64,000 nt of DNA from Verrucomicrobiota bacterium (GTDB taxonomy: Bacteria > Verrucomicrobiota > Lentisphaeria > Lentisphaerales > Lentisphaeraceae). Position 1 is the stretch's first letter, and each line of letters begins with the position of its first letter. A program made the position numbers and the translations under genes. Positions 39,250 through 48,638 of the stretch are shown one piece after another. The notes beneath the pieces were generated by a model. The model had not been told where the DNA came from, did not search any database, and saw only the letters and a program-made list of their open reading frames with translations. The DNA is taken from positions 128,001-192,000 of the forward strand of contig JBDKFG010000001.1 in assembly GCA_039798785.1 (NCBI GenBank). The letters are read 5' to 3'.

Positions 39250-41763
39250 ATGATGTCAAACTCCACACAGTCGGTTACTGGGCTATTCTCCAGGAAAATG
39301 ATGCAGATTCAGGCTCTTGGCGGCCCGTGTTCTGGCCTGCCGGCTTTCCGCGACAGCCTGGCACCGCTCGCGGCCAGCGCCCTGCTTGCGGTCTCCGCTG
39401 TTTCCTGCAAGGATGAAAACAGCCAAGGCGCACCTGTGGCTGCACCTGTGGAGCAGCCGCATCTGCACGGGGGGGCGACCGTGCCGCCGGCACCGCAGCC
39501 GCCTGCTCAGGCGCTGTCTGGGCCTACCAGTAAGGTTGTTGGCGCATCCCAAAGCAAGGCCTTGACGCCTTCTCCCGACTTTAAGCGGGAGCCTTCTGAC
39601 CGTCTTGTGACGGCCTCCACGCAAGCTCTGGATCCCTTGGCCGGCTGCAGTGCCGCGTATAAGGACTGGTTCAACACCGAATTGAAAAAAGCCTTGGGGG
39701 CCAAGGACTTCAGCTCTTTGCGCCAGGCCCTGGCCGCCAAAGCCGGCCTGCCCAACAACGCCAGTGTCGCGGACCTGCAAAAGCAATTGAGTGACCCCGA
39801 TGCCACGACGGCTTTGACGCAGTATGCCCTGCTGCGGGATCTGAGTGGTGAGTACCCCGTCACTGCTTTTCGCTGTCAAGACGCGGATAAGTTTTTCACG
39901 GAGCTTTTGAGTGATCGGGAGCTGATGGAAACCATCTTGATTACTGGCCTGGCGGACTGGACAGCCACAGAAGGTAAGACGAATTTGCAGTTTGTCGCGA
40001 TTGATGCCCTGCAGAAGATCTGGGCCCTTGATCCCGATTACGCGCGCAACCGCGTGACGCGCAATCTCGCAGCCGGCCTCGCTGTGGCGACGACCTGCAA
40101 GAATCAACAGAAGACACTCGGAGGTACAAGCCTCGCCGGATTGTACTCCTTTTACCGTAACTCCTGGCTTTGTGGCAGGCTGGATAAGACCTTTCCTGGG
40201 CAGGAAGCCTGGGTCATGCGTAATCTCACGATGGCACAAACCGATGTGGACTCCCTTCTTTACGCTCAAAAGAATGTCAATTTGCCGATGCGCTTGTTTT
40301 CCAGCGCTCACTACCGTACGCCGCGCAGTGGTGCGAGTATATTCGGCGATGGTCTGGGGCCGCAAATGTCCGAACCTTGGGGAGGCCCCGACGTATCAAT
40401 GATGGAGCGGAAGTTGATTGCAGGTGGGGTCTGCGGCACGCAATCATCTCTGGCGATCGGCATGATTGCCGCCCGTGGCATCCCCGCAGGTGTTATCGGT
40501 GGCAAAGGGCACTGTGCCTTCTGCTGGCGCCATCCCGATGGCTATTGGGTAGGTGGCTTTGGTGGCATTGACGCTAATGGCCATTACGGTCCCTATGGCT
40601 TCAGTCCCTCCTATTTGTACATTACGGAAGCAATGCACAAAGATGTCAGTTTGGTACTGAAGTCTCGTCGCTATGCCTGGCAGGCGCAGCTTGCCGATGC
40701 CCAAAACAAGAAAGCGCTCGCCAGTATCGCCTGGGAACAGGCCACTCAGGTGCATCCCATCGAGTTCGTGTCCTGGCATAATCGCCTGTCCTGGCTCAGT
40801 AAAAATCCTTCTTTCATCCGGCAGCGCGAGAAAATCATATTAGATCTTACTACGGCGATGAATAAGTTCCCGCTCCCGATGTTTGACTTGATTGCAATCT
40901 TTGATGAGGTGGCCTATCCTAACATCAAAGATCGTGCGGCAATGTTAGCCAGTGCGCATCAAAAAGCCGCGGGCAACTGGGCTCCTCGTTTCATGGAAGC
41001 GTCTTTTTCTAGTCAGGCGAGCCGGCTGAAAAATAATGAAGAGAAGATGGTTTTGGCTGAGGCCATGCTCCCCAAGCTGCTGCAGTCACCCATTGGTTCT
41101 TTTGTTCTCGGCTGGAGCAAGGGACTATTTCCTAAGACAGCAGAGGGAGAAAAGCGCCAAGCGCAACTTTTTGCCAGTGTTTTGAGCGGGCTTGGCGGCT
41201 CGAATTCCAATGAAACCAGGGACCTTTATAATACCTTGATTATGCAAGCTGCCAATGCAGGTGACTTTGACACCTTTAATAGTCTTGCGGAAAAATCACG
41301 TAAAATATTTGGTAGTAAAGTTGACAAGAAAATCCCCCAGTTCGAAGCCTTTCCGGGGATGAATCTGGGCAAAGGTGGCATTCTTCGTTTATCTGGAGGC
41401 TCGTCCACTGCAAACCTTCACCCCTTGGTCATGGATGATGCTACAGGTGGTCAGTTTATGGTTGAAGGGAAAAATGCCTGGGTTGCGGTTGAATTACCCA
41501 AAGTCGGTACGATTTCCGGCGTCGTGGTGATCAATGATGGTGGAAAAAATAGATGGGCCCGTGCTCTTCCCGCGTTTGTTGAAGCCTCAACAGATGGCGA
41601 GCGCTGGAAAACGATCGGGAAGATGACGGATGCTCAAGAGGTCTATCGCTTTGCCTCGCGTGAAAAAGATCACTTCCGTTTTGTACGCGTGCGTCGTGAT
41701 GCCGGGAGCGAGGAGCGCTTCCACCTCAAAGGGATTTTTATTTACGGCGAAAAGCAGCAATAA
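39250..41763 (+). CDS. Large exported protein: putative Cys/His (transglutaminase-like) core + C-terminal F5/8 type C (discoidin-like) domain
   Basis: Lipobox-like AVSC; GGVCG...RGIPA...GHCAF; C-terminal WVAVELPK, VEASTDGERWKT, RFVRVRR. Confidence 0.65.
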   Translation: MMSNSTQSVTGLFSRKMMQIQALGGPCSGLPAFRDSLAPLAASALLAVSAVSCKDENSQGAPVAAPVEQPHLHGGATVPPAPQPPAQALSGPTSKVVGASQSKALTPSPDFKREPSDRLVTASTQALDPLAGCSAAYKDWFNTELKKALGAKDFSSLRQALAAKAGLPNNASVADLQKQLSDPDATTALTQYALLRDLSGEYPVTAFRCQDADKFFTELLSDRELMETILITGLADWTATEGKTNLQFVAIDALQKIWALDPDYARNRVTRNLAAGLAVATTCKNQQKTLGGTSLAGLYSFYRNSWLCGRLDKTFPGQEAWVMRNLTMAQTDVDSLLYAQKNVNLPMRLFSSAHYRTPRSGASIFGDGLGPQMSEPWGGPDVSMMERKLIAGGVCGTQSSLAIGMIAARGIPAGVIGGKGHCAFCWRHPDGYWVGGFGGIDANGHYGPYGFSPSYLYITEAMHKDVSLVLKSRRYAWQAQLADAQNKKALASIAWEQATQVHPIEFVSWHNRLSWLSKNPSFIRQREKIILDLTTAMNKFPLPMFDLIAIFDEVAYPNIKDRAAMLASAHQKAAGNWAPRFMEASFSSQASRLKNNEEKMVLAEAMLPKLLQSPIGSFVLGWSKGLFPKTAEGEKRQAQLFASVLSGLGGSNSNETRDLYNTLIMQAANAGDFDTFNSLAEKSRKIFGSKVDKKIPQFEAFPGMNLGKGGILRLSGGSSTANLHPLVMDDATGGQFMVEGKNAWVAVELPKVGTISGVVVINDGGKNRWARALPAFVEASTDGERWKTIGKMTDAQEVYRFASREKDHFRFVRVRRDAGSEERFHLKGIFIYGEKQQ

Positions 41764-41772
41764 GGAGAATTT

Positions 41773-43287
41773 ATGAATTACTTCAAAACTACGTATGCTG
41801 GTCTTTTCTCGATGGCCATTTTTTGCAGCTTACCGCTCATGGCGGGGCAGCGGGCTACTGATTGGGAAGATGTGCAAAGACAGGCCAAGACGCAGCCGCA
41901 GGCGGTGGCGATCCTTTTGACTGGCTCGGACTGGAACCCTCCCAGCCCCGGCGCACTGGCCGAGTGGAATTTGCCACAGATGGAAAAAGTGAGCGGGAAT
42001 ATCCGTCTCCTCCATATCGATCACCCCAACTACCCGGATGCGGCTGCCCAGCAGCGGGAGAAGAAAAACGAAGAACTCCAGCTCAAACACGTGGTCTACT
42101 CTTATCCTGCCTTGGTCCTGAAAGATAAGAATGGGCACTATCTCGCCACCAAAGAGAGCCTGCAGGGGGCACCGGGGGAAATCGCCAAGATCATGGGCGA
42201 ATGGCGGGTTATGGTCGAAAAGTACGAGGCGGAATTGGCTAAAGTCCCCGCCGCGAAGGGGGTGGAAAAAGCCCGTCAGATCGGCCGTGCCCTGGATGTG
42301 CTGCCCCTGAACTTTGCCTTTGAGCAAGACGATCTGCTGAAGCAGCTGGGCGAGGCCGATCCTAAGGATCAGACAGGATATGTTTATAAATATCTCCAGT
42401 GGGAACGCCAGGCTGGCGGCAGCCGTGTAGGCGCGTCTGCCAGGGCGCTGGGAAAGAAAAAGAACTACAAAGAGCTCAATGAGCTGATTGCCTATATTAA
42501 CGTGAGATTGAAGAATCCGGTTATCAATACGGAGCAAAAGCAAGTTCTGCTTGCAGGGACTTATGCTGCCTATAGGTTTATGCCCAATACCAATGAGCAG
42601 CAACGACAGGCGCTGACTCAAATTGTGAAGATAGATCCGAGCAGTATCCCTGGGCGTGGGGCTCAAGGCTTGCTGCAGGCTTTGGATCGCGCTCGAGAAG
42701 CCCAGAAACTGCAGGGCATTTTAGAGAAAAATCCCGATGACATGGCGACTCTAAAAAAGTTTTTGACTTACAGCGATGTCAATGACTACGGCAGATTGGT
42801 CTATCTCGACCCAAAGACGCTTCCCTCGCACCAGTATCTGATCGATGCGAAGCTGAGCCTGTCGGCGAATGGCGCCGAGCCCAAAGATCAATGGCTCCGC
42901 CATTTAGTGACGAATCCAAAGTGCAGCGGTTATGTTACTGTTCCCAAAGGTCCGGATCAATGGGTGCAATTGGACTTTTCCACCGTCAAGGACGTGGAGA
43001 GGGTGCTTTTAAGTACTAACGCTCAAGGAAAGAATATCTTTAGCGGAGTTGCCCTTGAGACCTCGCAGGATGGCAAGACCTGGACGGAGAGAGGACGGAC
43101 CAAGGAGAAGGAATACTCCTTGGATGTTGCACTTCAGGGAGTCAAGGCCCGTTATGTCCGCTGCCGGCGGGTCGAGGGTGGTAAATCCCTGATTGTGGCG
43201 GATTTCCTAGCCTACAGTAAGAATAGCAAGGTAGACGCGGCGGAAGAAGAGGATTCCGAGGATTCCGCAGACGCTCAGAACTTGTAA
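41773..43287 (+). CDS. Exported protein: Cys-less thioredoxin-like domain + helical region + F5/8 type C domain
   Basis: Signal peptide; LLTGSDWNPPS and YSYPALVLKDKNG (thioredoxin-fold pattern); QWVQLDFS, LETSQDGKTW, ARYVRCRR. RBS aaggag. Confidence 0.65.
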   Translation: MNYFKTTYAGLFSMAIFCSLPLMAGQRATDWEDVQRQAKTQPQAVAILLTGSDWNPPSPGALAEWNLPQMEKVSGNIRLLHIDHPNYPDAAAQQREKKNEELQLKHVVYSYPALVLKDKNGHYLATKESLQGAPGEIAKIMGEWRVMVEKYEAELAKVPAAKGVEKARQIGRALDVLPLNFAFEQDDLLKQLGEADPKDQTGYVYKYLQWERQAGGSRVGASARALGKKKNYKELNELIAYINVRLKNPVINTEQKQVLLAGTYAAYRFMPNTNEQQRQALTQIVKIDPSSIPGRGAQGLLQALDRAREAQKLQGILEKNPDDMATLKKFLTYSDVNDYGRLVYLDPKTLPSHQYLIDAKLSLSANGAEPKDQWLRHLVTNPKCSGYVTVPKGPDQWVQLDFSTVKDVERVLLSTNAQGKNIFSGVALETSQDGKTWTERGRTKEKEYSLDVALQGVKARYVRCRRVEGGKSLIVADFLAYSKNSKVDAAEEEDSEDSADAQNL

Positions 43288-43329
43288 GACTGAGTTTGAG
43301 GTGACCTGCTGGATTCCTGAGCAAAATTT

Positions 43330-43351
43330 CATACGTGTACGTACACGCATG
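43330..43351. promoter_or_regulatory. Palindromic operator-like site upstream of the two-sulfatase operon
   Basis: catacgtgtacgtacacgcatg; perfect 14-bp core cgtgtacgtacacg (43334-43347) in an AT-rich intergenic stretch. Confidence 0.55.
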
Positions 43352-43416
43352 TGTAAATTCTTACTACGATACGCAATGATGGTATTTTTAACCTATTACG
43401 AAGGGAGTCCGCCCCC

Positions 43417-44964
43417 ATGAGCCGTTTCAGTGTCTGTCCTCTGATTGCTTTCTGCGCCCTGTGGGTTTCGGCTGCCGCCGCCGAGGCAGACAGCTCACCG
43501 CTCCCGCCTTCGCCTCCGGTCAAGGAGAAGATGAATGTCCTTTTTATCATTGTGGACGATCTGCGGCCGGATCTTGCCTGCTATGGCCTGGATTCCGTCA
43601 AGAGCCCGAATATCGACAAGCTGGCCAGCCAGGGCGTGCTTTTCCGCAATGCCTACTGCCAGCAGGCCGTCTGCGCCCCTTCGCGGATCAGCGTGCTTTC
43701 CGGTCTGCGTCCTGACTCCACCGGTGTTTTCGACCTCGATCATCCCTTGCGGAAAGTGCTTCCGGATGTGCTCTCGCTCCCGCAGTATTTTCGCAACAAC
43801 GGCTATGAAACCAGTTCTTTAGGCAAGGTGTATCATCATCTGCACGATGATGACGGCCAGGGCTGGACAAGTCCAGCCTGGCGGCCTGAAGGGGCCTGGA
43901 AGGGGCGCGGCTACCTGGCTTCTGAGCTTCAGGCGGCTGATGCTGCGGGCAAAAGCAGCAAGATCGGTCCCGCCTGGGAGTGTGCTGATGTGGCCGATGA
44001 ACTTTATCCCGATGGCCAGATAGAGCTGAAGGCGGAAGCCGAGCTGCGGCGCTTTAAAGCCGAGGGCAAGCCCTTCTTCCTCGCGGTCGGCTTTAATAAA
44101 CCGCACCTGCCCTTTTGTGCCCCCAAGCGCTACTGGGATCTCTATGATGAGGCGGCGCTGAGCTTGCCGGAGCAGGCCACCTGGCCGGCCGGCATGCCCC
44201 CGCTGGCGGGCACCACCTGGAGCGAACTGCGCCAATACACCGGCATCAATAAAAAGGGAGAGTTGACCCAGGAGACAGCCCGCAAACTCATTCACGGATA
44301 CCATGCCTGCGTGAGTTACACCGACGCCCTGATCGGCAAGCTGCTCGCCGAGCTGGATCGACAGGGTCTGCGCGACAATACCGTGATCGTGCTCTTTGGT
44401 GACCACGGGTGGAAGCTGGGGGAATACGGCGCCTGGACGAAGCACACGAACTTTGAACTCGATACGCAAGCGCCTTTGATCTTCGCCGCTCCCGGCCTGG
44501 CCGGCAAGGGGCAGAAGAGCCCCGCACTGGCGGAATTTGTCGACATCTACCCTACGCTCGCCGAGCTCAGCGGACTGCCCGTTCCCGCTCATTGCGAGGG
44601 CGTGAGCCTGGTTCCGGTCCTTCAGAACCCGCTGCTGCCGTGGAAGCAGGCGGCCTTCAGCCAATACCCGCGCGGCAAGCTGATGGGCTATACACTGCGC
44701 TGCGGCCAATGGCGCTACACCGAGTGGATTGATCCGGCTTCGCAGACGGTGGCAGCCCGTGAGCTTTACGATCATCAAAAGGGTCCGGTCGCGAGTAAGA
44801 ATCTGGCCGAAGAGCCCGATTGCGCCGAGACGGTCAAGCGACTCTCTGCGCTCTTGCAGGGCGGCAAAGGATGGAAAGCAGTCCAGCAGAACATCACGGC
44901 CCGGCCCCGGAGCGACGCGGAAAACTCTCAGAAAACTCCAGTCAAACATGAGGATGCACGATGA
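43417..44964 (+). CDS. Sulfatase (iduronate-2-sulfatase-like)
   Basis: NVLFIIVDDLRP, CAPSRISVLSG, GKVYH, GFNKPHLPF, GDHGWKLGEYGAWTKHT. Confidence 0.94.
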   Translation: MSRFSVCPLIAFCALWVSAAAAEADSSPLPPSPPVKEKMNVLFIIVDDLRPDLACYGLDSVKSPNIDKLASQGVLFRNAYCQQAVCAPSRISVLSGLRPDSTGVFDLDHPLRKVLPDVLSLPQYFRNNGYETSSLGKVYHHLHDDDGQGWTSPAWRPEGAWKGRGYLASELQAADAAGKSSKIGPAWECADVADELYPDGQIELKAEAELRRFKAEGKPFFLAVGFNKPHLPFCAPKRYWDLYDEAALSLPEQATWPAGMPPLAGTTWSELRQYTGINKKGELTQETARKLIHGYHACVSYTDALIGKLLAELDRQGLRDNTVIVLFGDHGWKLGEYGAWTKHTNFELDTQAPLIFAAPGLAGKGQKSPALAEFVDIYPTLAELSGLPVPAHCEGVSLVPVLQNPLLPWKQAAFSQYPRGKLMGYTLRCGQWRYTEWIDPASQTVAARELYDHQKGPVASKNLAEEPDCAETVKRLSALLQGGKGWKAVQQNITARPRSDAENSQKTPVKHEDAR

Positions 44965-46430
44965 AGAAACTTATCATTCTTGGCCTGGCCTGGCTCGCCA
45001 GCCTGGCCGCCTGCACAGCCGCCCTGGCCCCGCAGGCCAGCGCCGATAGCGCTCCGGAGGCGCCGGCGCCGGCGGCCCTGACGCGCCCCAACATTCTTTT
45101 CATTTTCACCGATCAGCAGACCATCGGGGCGCTCAGCTGCGCCGGGAATCCGTACCTCCACACTCCCGCGATGGACAGCCTGGCGGCGCGCGGGATGCGT
45201 TTTGAAAAGTCCTACTGCACTTATCCCTTGTGCGCCCCCTCGCGCGGCAGCCTGTTCACCTCGCGCACTCCCCACGAACTGGGCATCTATGAGAATGACG
45301 ATGCTGAACTGGCCTCCAAAAAGTTTTTAAACGCCCAGACCATGGGCGAGATTTTTCAGGCGGCAGGCTACGAGACCGCTTACGCCGGGAAATGGCACTT
45401 GAACGCTCCCTGGCCAGGCTTCGGCTCAGGGCACAAGATCCCCGGATTTGCAACCCTGCCTCTCGTGTCGGGGAAGAACATCAGCAAGATTGATAAAAAG
45501 AAGGAGGCCAAGGGCCTGACGGCAGACCCTAGCATCGCCGATGCCTCGATTGCCTTTTTGCGCCAGAAGCATGACAAGCCCTTTCTCCTGGTCACCTCCA
45601 TTTTGAACCCGCATGACATCTGCGAATACTCCAGCTGCGAGGCCTTGCAGGCTCTGGTGCCCAGCGATCCGTCCAAGCTGCCGCCGGCCCGCCCCAATAT
45701 GCATGATACCGAAACTCTGCCTTCGGCCTTACAGAACTTCACGCAGTCCTACGTGACTGAAAAGAAAGACTGGACTGAGCTGCAATGGCGTCAATATCTG
45801 TATGCCTACTATCGGCTCGTGGAAGCCTCGGACCGGGAAGTCGGGAGGGTTCTTGCCGCGCTCCAGGAAAGCGCCGCGGCCTCCAATACGATTATCGTCT
45901 TCACCTCCGATCACGGGGAAATGATGGGTTCGCACCAGATGTGCCGCAAGCAAAGACTCTATGAAGAGGCTGTCGCGGTGCCGCTCGTGGTCGTCCTGCC
46001 GGACGGTAAGAAAGCCTGGGTTAATAAGCGGCACCTCGTGAGCGGGCTCGATATCATGCCGACCTTTCTTGATTACGCCGGCATCGCCATTCCGCCCTCG
46101 CTGGGGGGACGCAGCCTGCGTCCTTTAGTGGAAGGACAAGAGGTGCCCTGGCGTGACTTTGTGGTCTCAGAGCTCAATGGCGCCGCCGAGGCCCGCATGG
46201 TGCGCAGTGCCCGCTACAAATACATCGTTTTCGCCACCGGGGAGAATCGCGAGCAGTTTTTTGACCTGGAGAAAGATCCCGGGGAACTGAAAAACCTGAT
46301 CGCCGAGCCGAGCCTTGCCGCCGAGATCGAAAAGCATCGCAAGATGCTCGTGCAGTGGCGCCTTGACACCCATGATGAGATCGGCAAGCGCGCTCCCGGC
46401 AAAGGCAAGAAAGGAAAAGAAGAGGAATGA
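44961..46430 (+). CDS. Sulfatase (choline-sulfatase-like), possible lipoprotein
   Basis: LAAC lipobox-like, PNILFIFTDQ, CAPSRGSLFTS, GKWHL, NPHD, SDHGEMMG. 4-bp overlap with the upstream sulfatase. Confidence 0.93.
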   Translation: MKKLIILGLAWLASLAACTAALAPQASADSAPEAPAPAALTRPNILFIFTDQQTIGALSCAGNPYLHTPAMDSLAARGMRFEKSYCTYPLCAPSRGSLFTSRTPHELGIYENDDAELASKKFLNAQTMGEIFQAAGYETAYAGKWHLNAPWPGFGSGHKIPGFATLPLVSGKNISKIDKKKEAKGLTADPSIADASIAFLRQKHDKPFLLVTSILNPHDICEYSSCEALQALVPSDPSKLPPARPNMHDTETLPSALQNFTQSYVTEKKDWTELQWRQYLYAYYRLVEASDREVGRVLAALQESAAASNTIIVFTSDHGEMMGSHQMCRKQRLYEEAVAVPLVVVLPDGKKAWVNKRHLVSGLDIMPTFLDYAGIAIPPSLGGRSLRPLVEGQEVPWRDFVVSELNGAAEARMVRSARYKYIVFATGENREQFFDLEKDPGELKNLIAEPSLAAEIEKHRKMLVQWRLDTHDEIGKRAPGKGKKGKEEE

Positions 46431-46465
46431 TCGTGATGATCTCCGTGGCCTGAGCGGTCTTAAGA

Positions 46466-46499
46466 AAAAACGGGAAGAGCGCGAGCTCTTCCCGTTTTT
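46466..46499 (+). terminator. Intrinsic terminator (bidirectional)
   Basis: aaaaacgggaagagc-gcga-gctcttcccgttttt; perfect stem, GNRA loop. Confidence 0.88.
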
Positions 46500-46930
46500 G
46501 CTGGTTTGATCCCGGCCGGCGGGCGGCGTGGGCTGGCTTTACTTGCGCGGGCTGGTTCGTTGAGTTTTTTCAGGGCCTGCTCGAGGACGGAGTCCGTCTT
46601 GTCCAGATAGTCAATAGTCACGGGGCTTGGGGCGGGCGGGAATGTCGACTTCCACGCCATAGCCGTCAAAGGTCTGGCCATTGGGCTTGAAGGAGGCGAT
46701 GGTGGAGAGTTTGAAGGCGATTCCAGAGCGGGGGAGCTGGGTGGTGTAGGAGCCGCCGCTGCCGCCGCGGCTGCTGACGCCCATGAGGGTTTCCTGTCTG
46801 GCAGGGTGGGGGCGGGGCAGCCCGAAGTGAAGACACTTCCGCGCGCATCCTTCGGGGCTCCGGCGCGGGCTAATTGACCGGTGTGAGGGTCAGGTATTTC
46901 AGGGTGAAGCCCCTGCACAGGTTGGCAAAT

Positions 46931-47017
46931 CAGGTCGATCTCGGCAAGGTCACCCTGTCGAACTGCGCGACCAGCGGCAGGGATCTCGATCCCAACTGCC
47001 CTCGTTGCGCTTTATGA
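46931..47017 (+). pseudogene. Orphan 3' end of a pilin-like gene; diverged direct repeat of 37002-37085
   Basis: QVDLGKVTLSNCATSGRDLDPNCPRCAL* versus QVDLGKVTLSNCATSGDELDPNCPRCH*. Confidence 0.9.
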
Positions 47018-47041
47018 TATGAAGCGCCCTGATCCCCATCA

Positions 47042-47070
47042 CAAGGCCGCCCGGTGACCGGGCGGCCTTG
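47042..47070. terminator. Hairpin terminator between the pilin remnant and the oxidoreductase
   Basis: caaggccgcccgg-tga-ccgggcggccttg, perfect 13-bp stem. Confidence 0.7.
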
Positions 47071-47087
47071 CTCATCAAAGCTGTCGC

Positions 47088-48452
47088 TCAGCCCGGCATG
47101 CCGGGGGCGCTCCAGCCTTGGCGGTATTTCGGCCAGATCAGGGCGTTGGCGGCGTCGATTTCGGCGCCGGAGCCGCTGAACTTGCAGTCCGGGCCGTTCC
47201 ATTCGAATTCCTTCTCGGGCCAACGATTGAGGACGACGCCCATGAGGACGGCTTCGGTCATCGGGCCGCCGTAGGAGAAGGGCGCGGTGGCTTTCGACTG
47301 GTCGTTGGCAAGGACCGCTTCGACCCAGTCGTGGTAGTGGTTGCTGCCTTTGGCGGGCTCGGGCAGATCCTTGGCTTCGAGCTTCTTGCCGGTGGCGTCG
47401 ACGACGGTGGGCATGGGGCCGCAGTGGACAATCGACAAGGCGCCTTTGTCGCCGATGATCAAGGCGCCGGAGCCGGGGACTTCAATGCCGGGGTGAAGAT
47501 CCTTGGGGGCCTTGAGATTGCCGTTGCGCCAGTGGACTTCGATGTCGCCGTCCGAGAAGGCGGTTTTGGGGAAGCTGTATTTCACGTGGCAGTCGAAGGC
47601 GAAGAATTCTTCGGCGGGGGGCTTGGGTCCGAGCGATGTGACGCTGGTCGGCTTGGTCAAGCCGGCGGCCATGTAGATCGGGTCGAAGACGTGGCAGGCC
47701 ATGTCGCCTTGGATGCCGGTGCCGAAGGCGACCCATTTGCGCCAGTTGCCCATGTGGTAATCGCCGCTGCGCCAAGGCAGGTTGTGGGCGACGCCGAGAT
47801 AGCGGTCCCAATCCATGTTCTCGGGAGCGGGAGTCGGGGCTTTGTCGGGGACGAGGCCGCCCCAGGGTTTGCCGCCGATGCCGGAGTGGATCGCTTTGAT
47901 CTTGCCGATGACGCCTTCCTGGATCCACTTGCGGGTGGTCTGGTAGGGTTGCGAGGAGTGGATCTGGATGCCCATTTGGGTGATCACTTTCATCTTCGCC
48001 GCCATCTCGGTCATGGCGCGGCATTCGCCGATGGTGCGGGCGAGAGGTTTTTGTCCGTAGACATGTTTACCCAGCGACATGGCGAGCAGCCCGATCGGGG
48101 CGTGCATGTGGTCGGTGGTGGAGATCATGACACCGTCGATCTGATCGGCGAGTTCGGCAAAGAGATTGCGGTAGTCGGCGTAGGTCTTGATCTCGCCGTC
48201 ATGGCGCTTGGCGTATTGCTTGGCGACTTTTTCGCGCAAGCCGCGGTCGGGATCGCAGACGGCGACGAGATCGACGGATTTATGGCCCATCAATTGACCC
48301 AGGTCGCTTTGTCCCTGTCCACCGACGCCGATGGCGGCGAGACGGAGTTTCTTGGGGGCGGCGCCTTCCTGAGCCAAGGTGGCGGGGGCGATTGCGGCAG
48401 CTCCGGCGGCGGCGCCGGAAAGCTGGAAGAAGTTGCGGCGGCTGAGGGGCAT
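47088..48452 (-). CDS. Tat-exported Gfo/Idh/MocA oxidoreductase
   Basis: SRRNFFQ twin-arginine signal, IGVGGQG, STTDHMH, HVYGQKPLA, QMGIQ, GDMACHVFD. Start at MPLSRR. Confidence 0.93.
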   Translation of the reverse strand: MPLSRRNFFQLSGAAAGAAAIAPATLAQEGAAPKKLRLAAIGVGGQGQSDLGQLMGHKSVDLVAVCDPDRGLREKVAKQYAKRHDGEIKTYADYRNLFAELADQIDGVMISTTDHMHAPIGLLAMSLGKHVYGQKPLARTIGECRAMTEMAAKMKVITQMGIQIHSSQPYQTTRKWIQEGVIGKIKAIHSGIGGKPWGGLVPDKAPTPAPENMDWDRYLGVAHNLPWRSGDYHMGNWRKWVAFGTGIQGDMACHVFDPIYMAAGLTKPTSVTSLGPKPPAEEFFAFDCHVKYSFPKTAFSDGDIEVHWRNGNLKAPKDLHPGIEVPGSGALIIGDKGALSIVHCGPMPTVVDATGKKLEAKDLPEPAKGSNHYHDWVEAVLANDQSKATAPFSYGGPMTEAVLMGVVLNRWPEKEFEWNGPDCKFSGSGAEIDAANALIWPKYRQGWSAPGMPG

Positions 48453-48638
48453 GAATGGCTCCTTGAAGTTTTGGCAGAGGGGCGGCTTGTCTATGATGCC
48501 TATTTTTGCCAGGAGTTCCCGCGAAGTTTCTCGTCTAGGAACCTTCTGGGGAAGAGAGCTGTCCAAGCCTCCGGAAACGGCGACTTGTGAATTTCCCGGG
48601 AGGCCGTCTTGTGAAGGGTTCAAATTCAGGAGAAGCCG

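Noticed and set aside
37002..47017. Pilin-tail duplicate as a diversity-generating retroelement TR/VR pair
   Set aside because: Mismatches are mostly synonymous third-position changes rather than adenine-specific, and there is no reverse transcriptase in the window.
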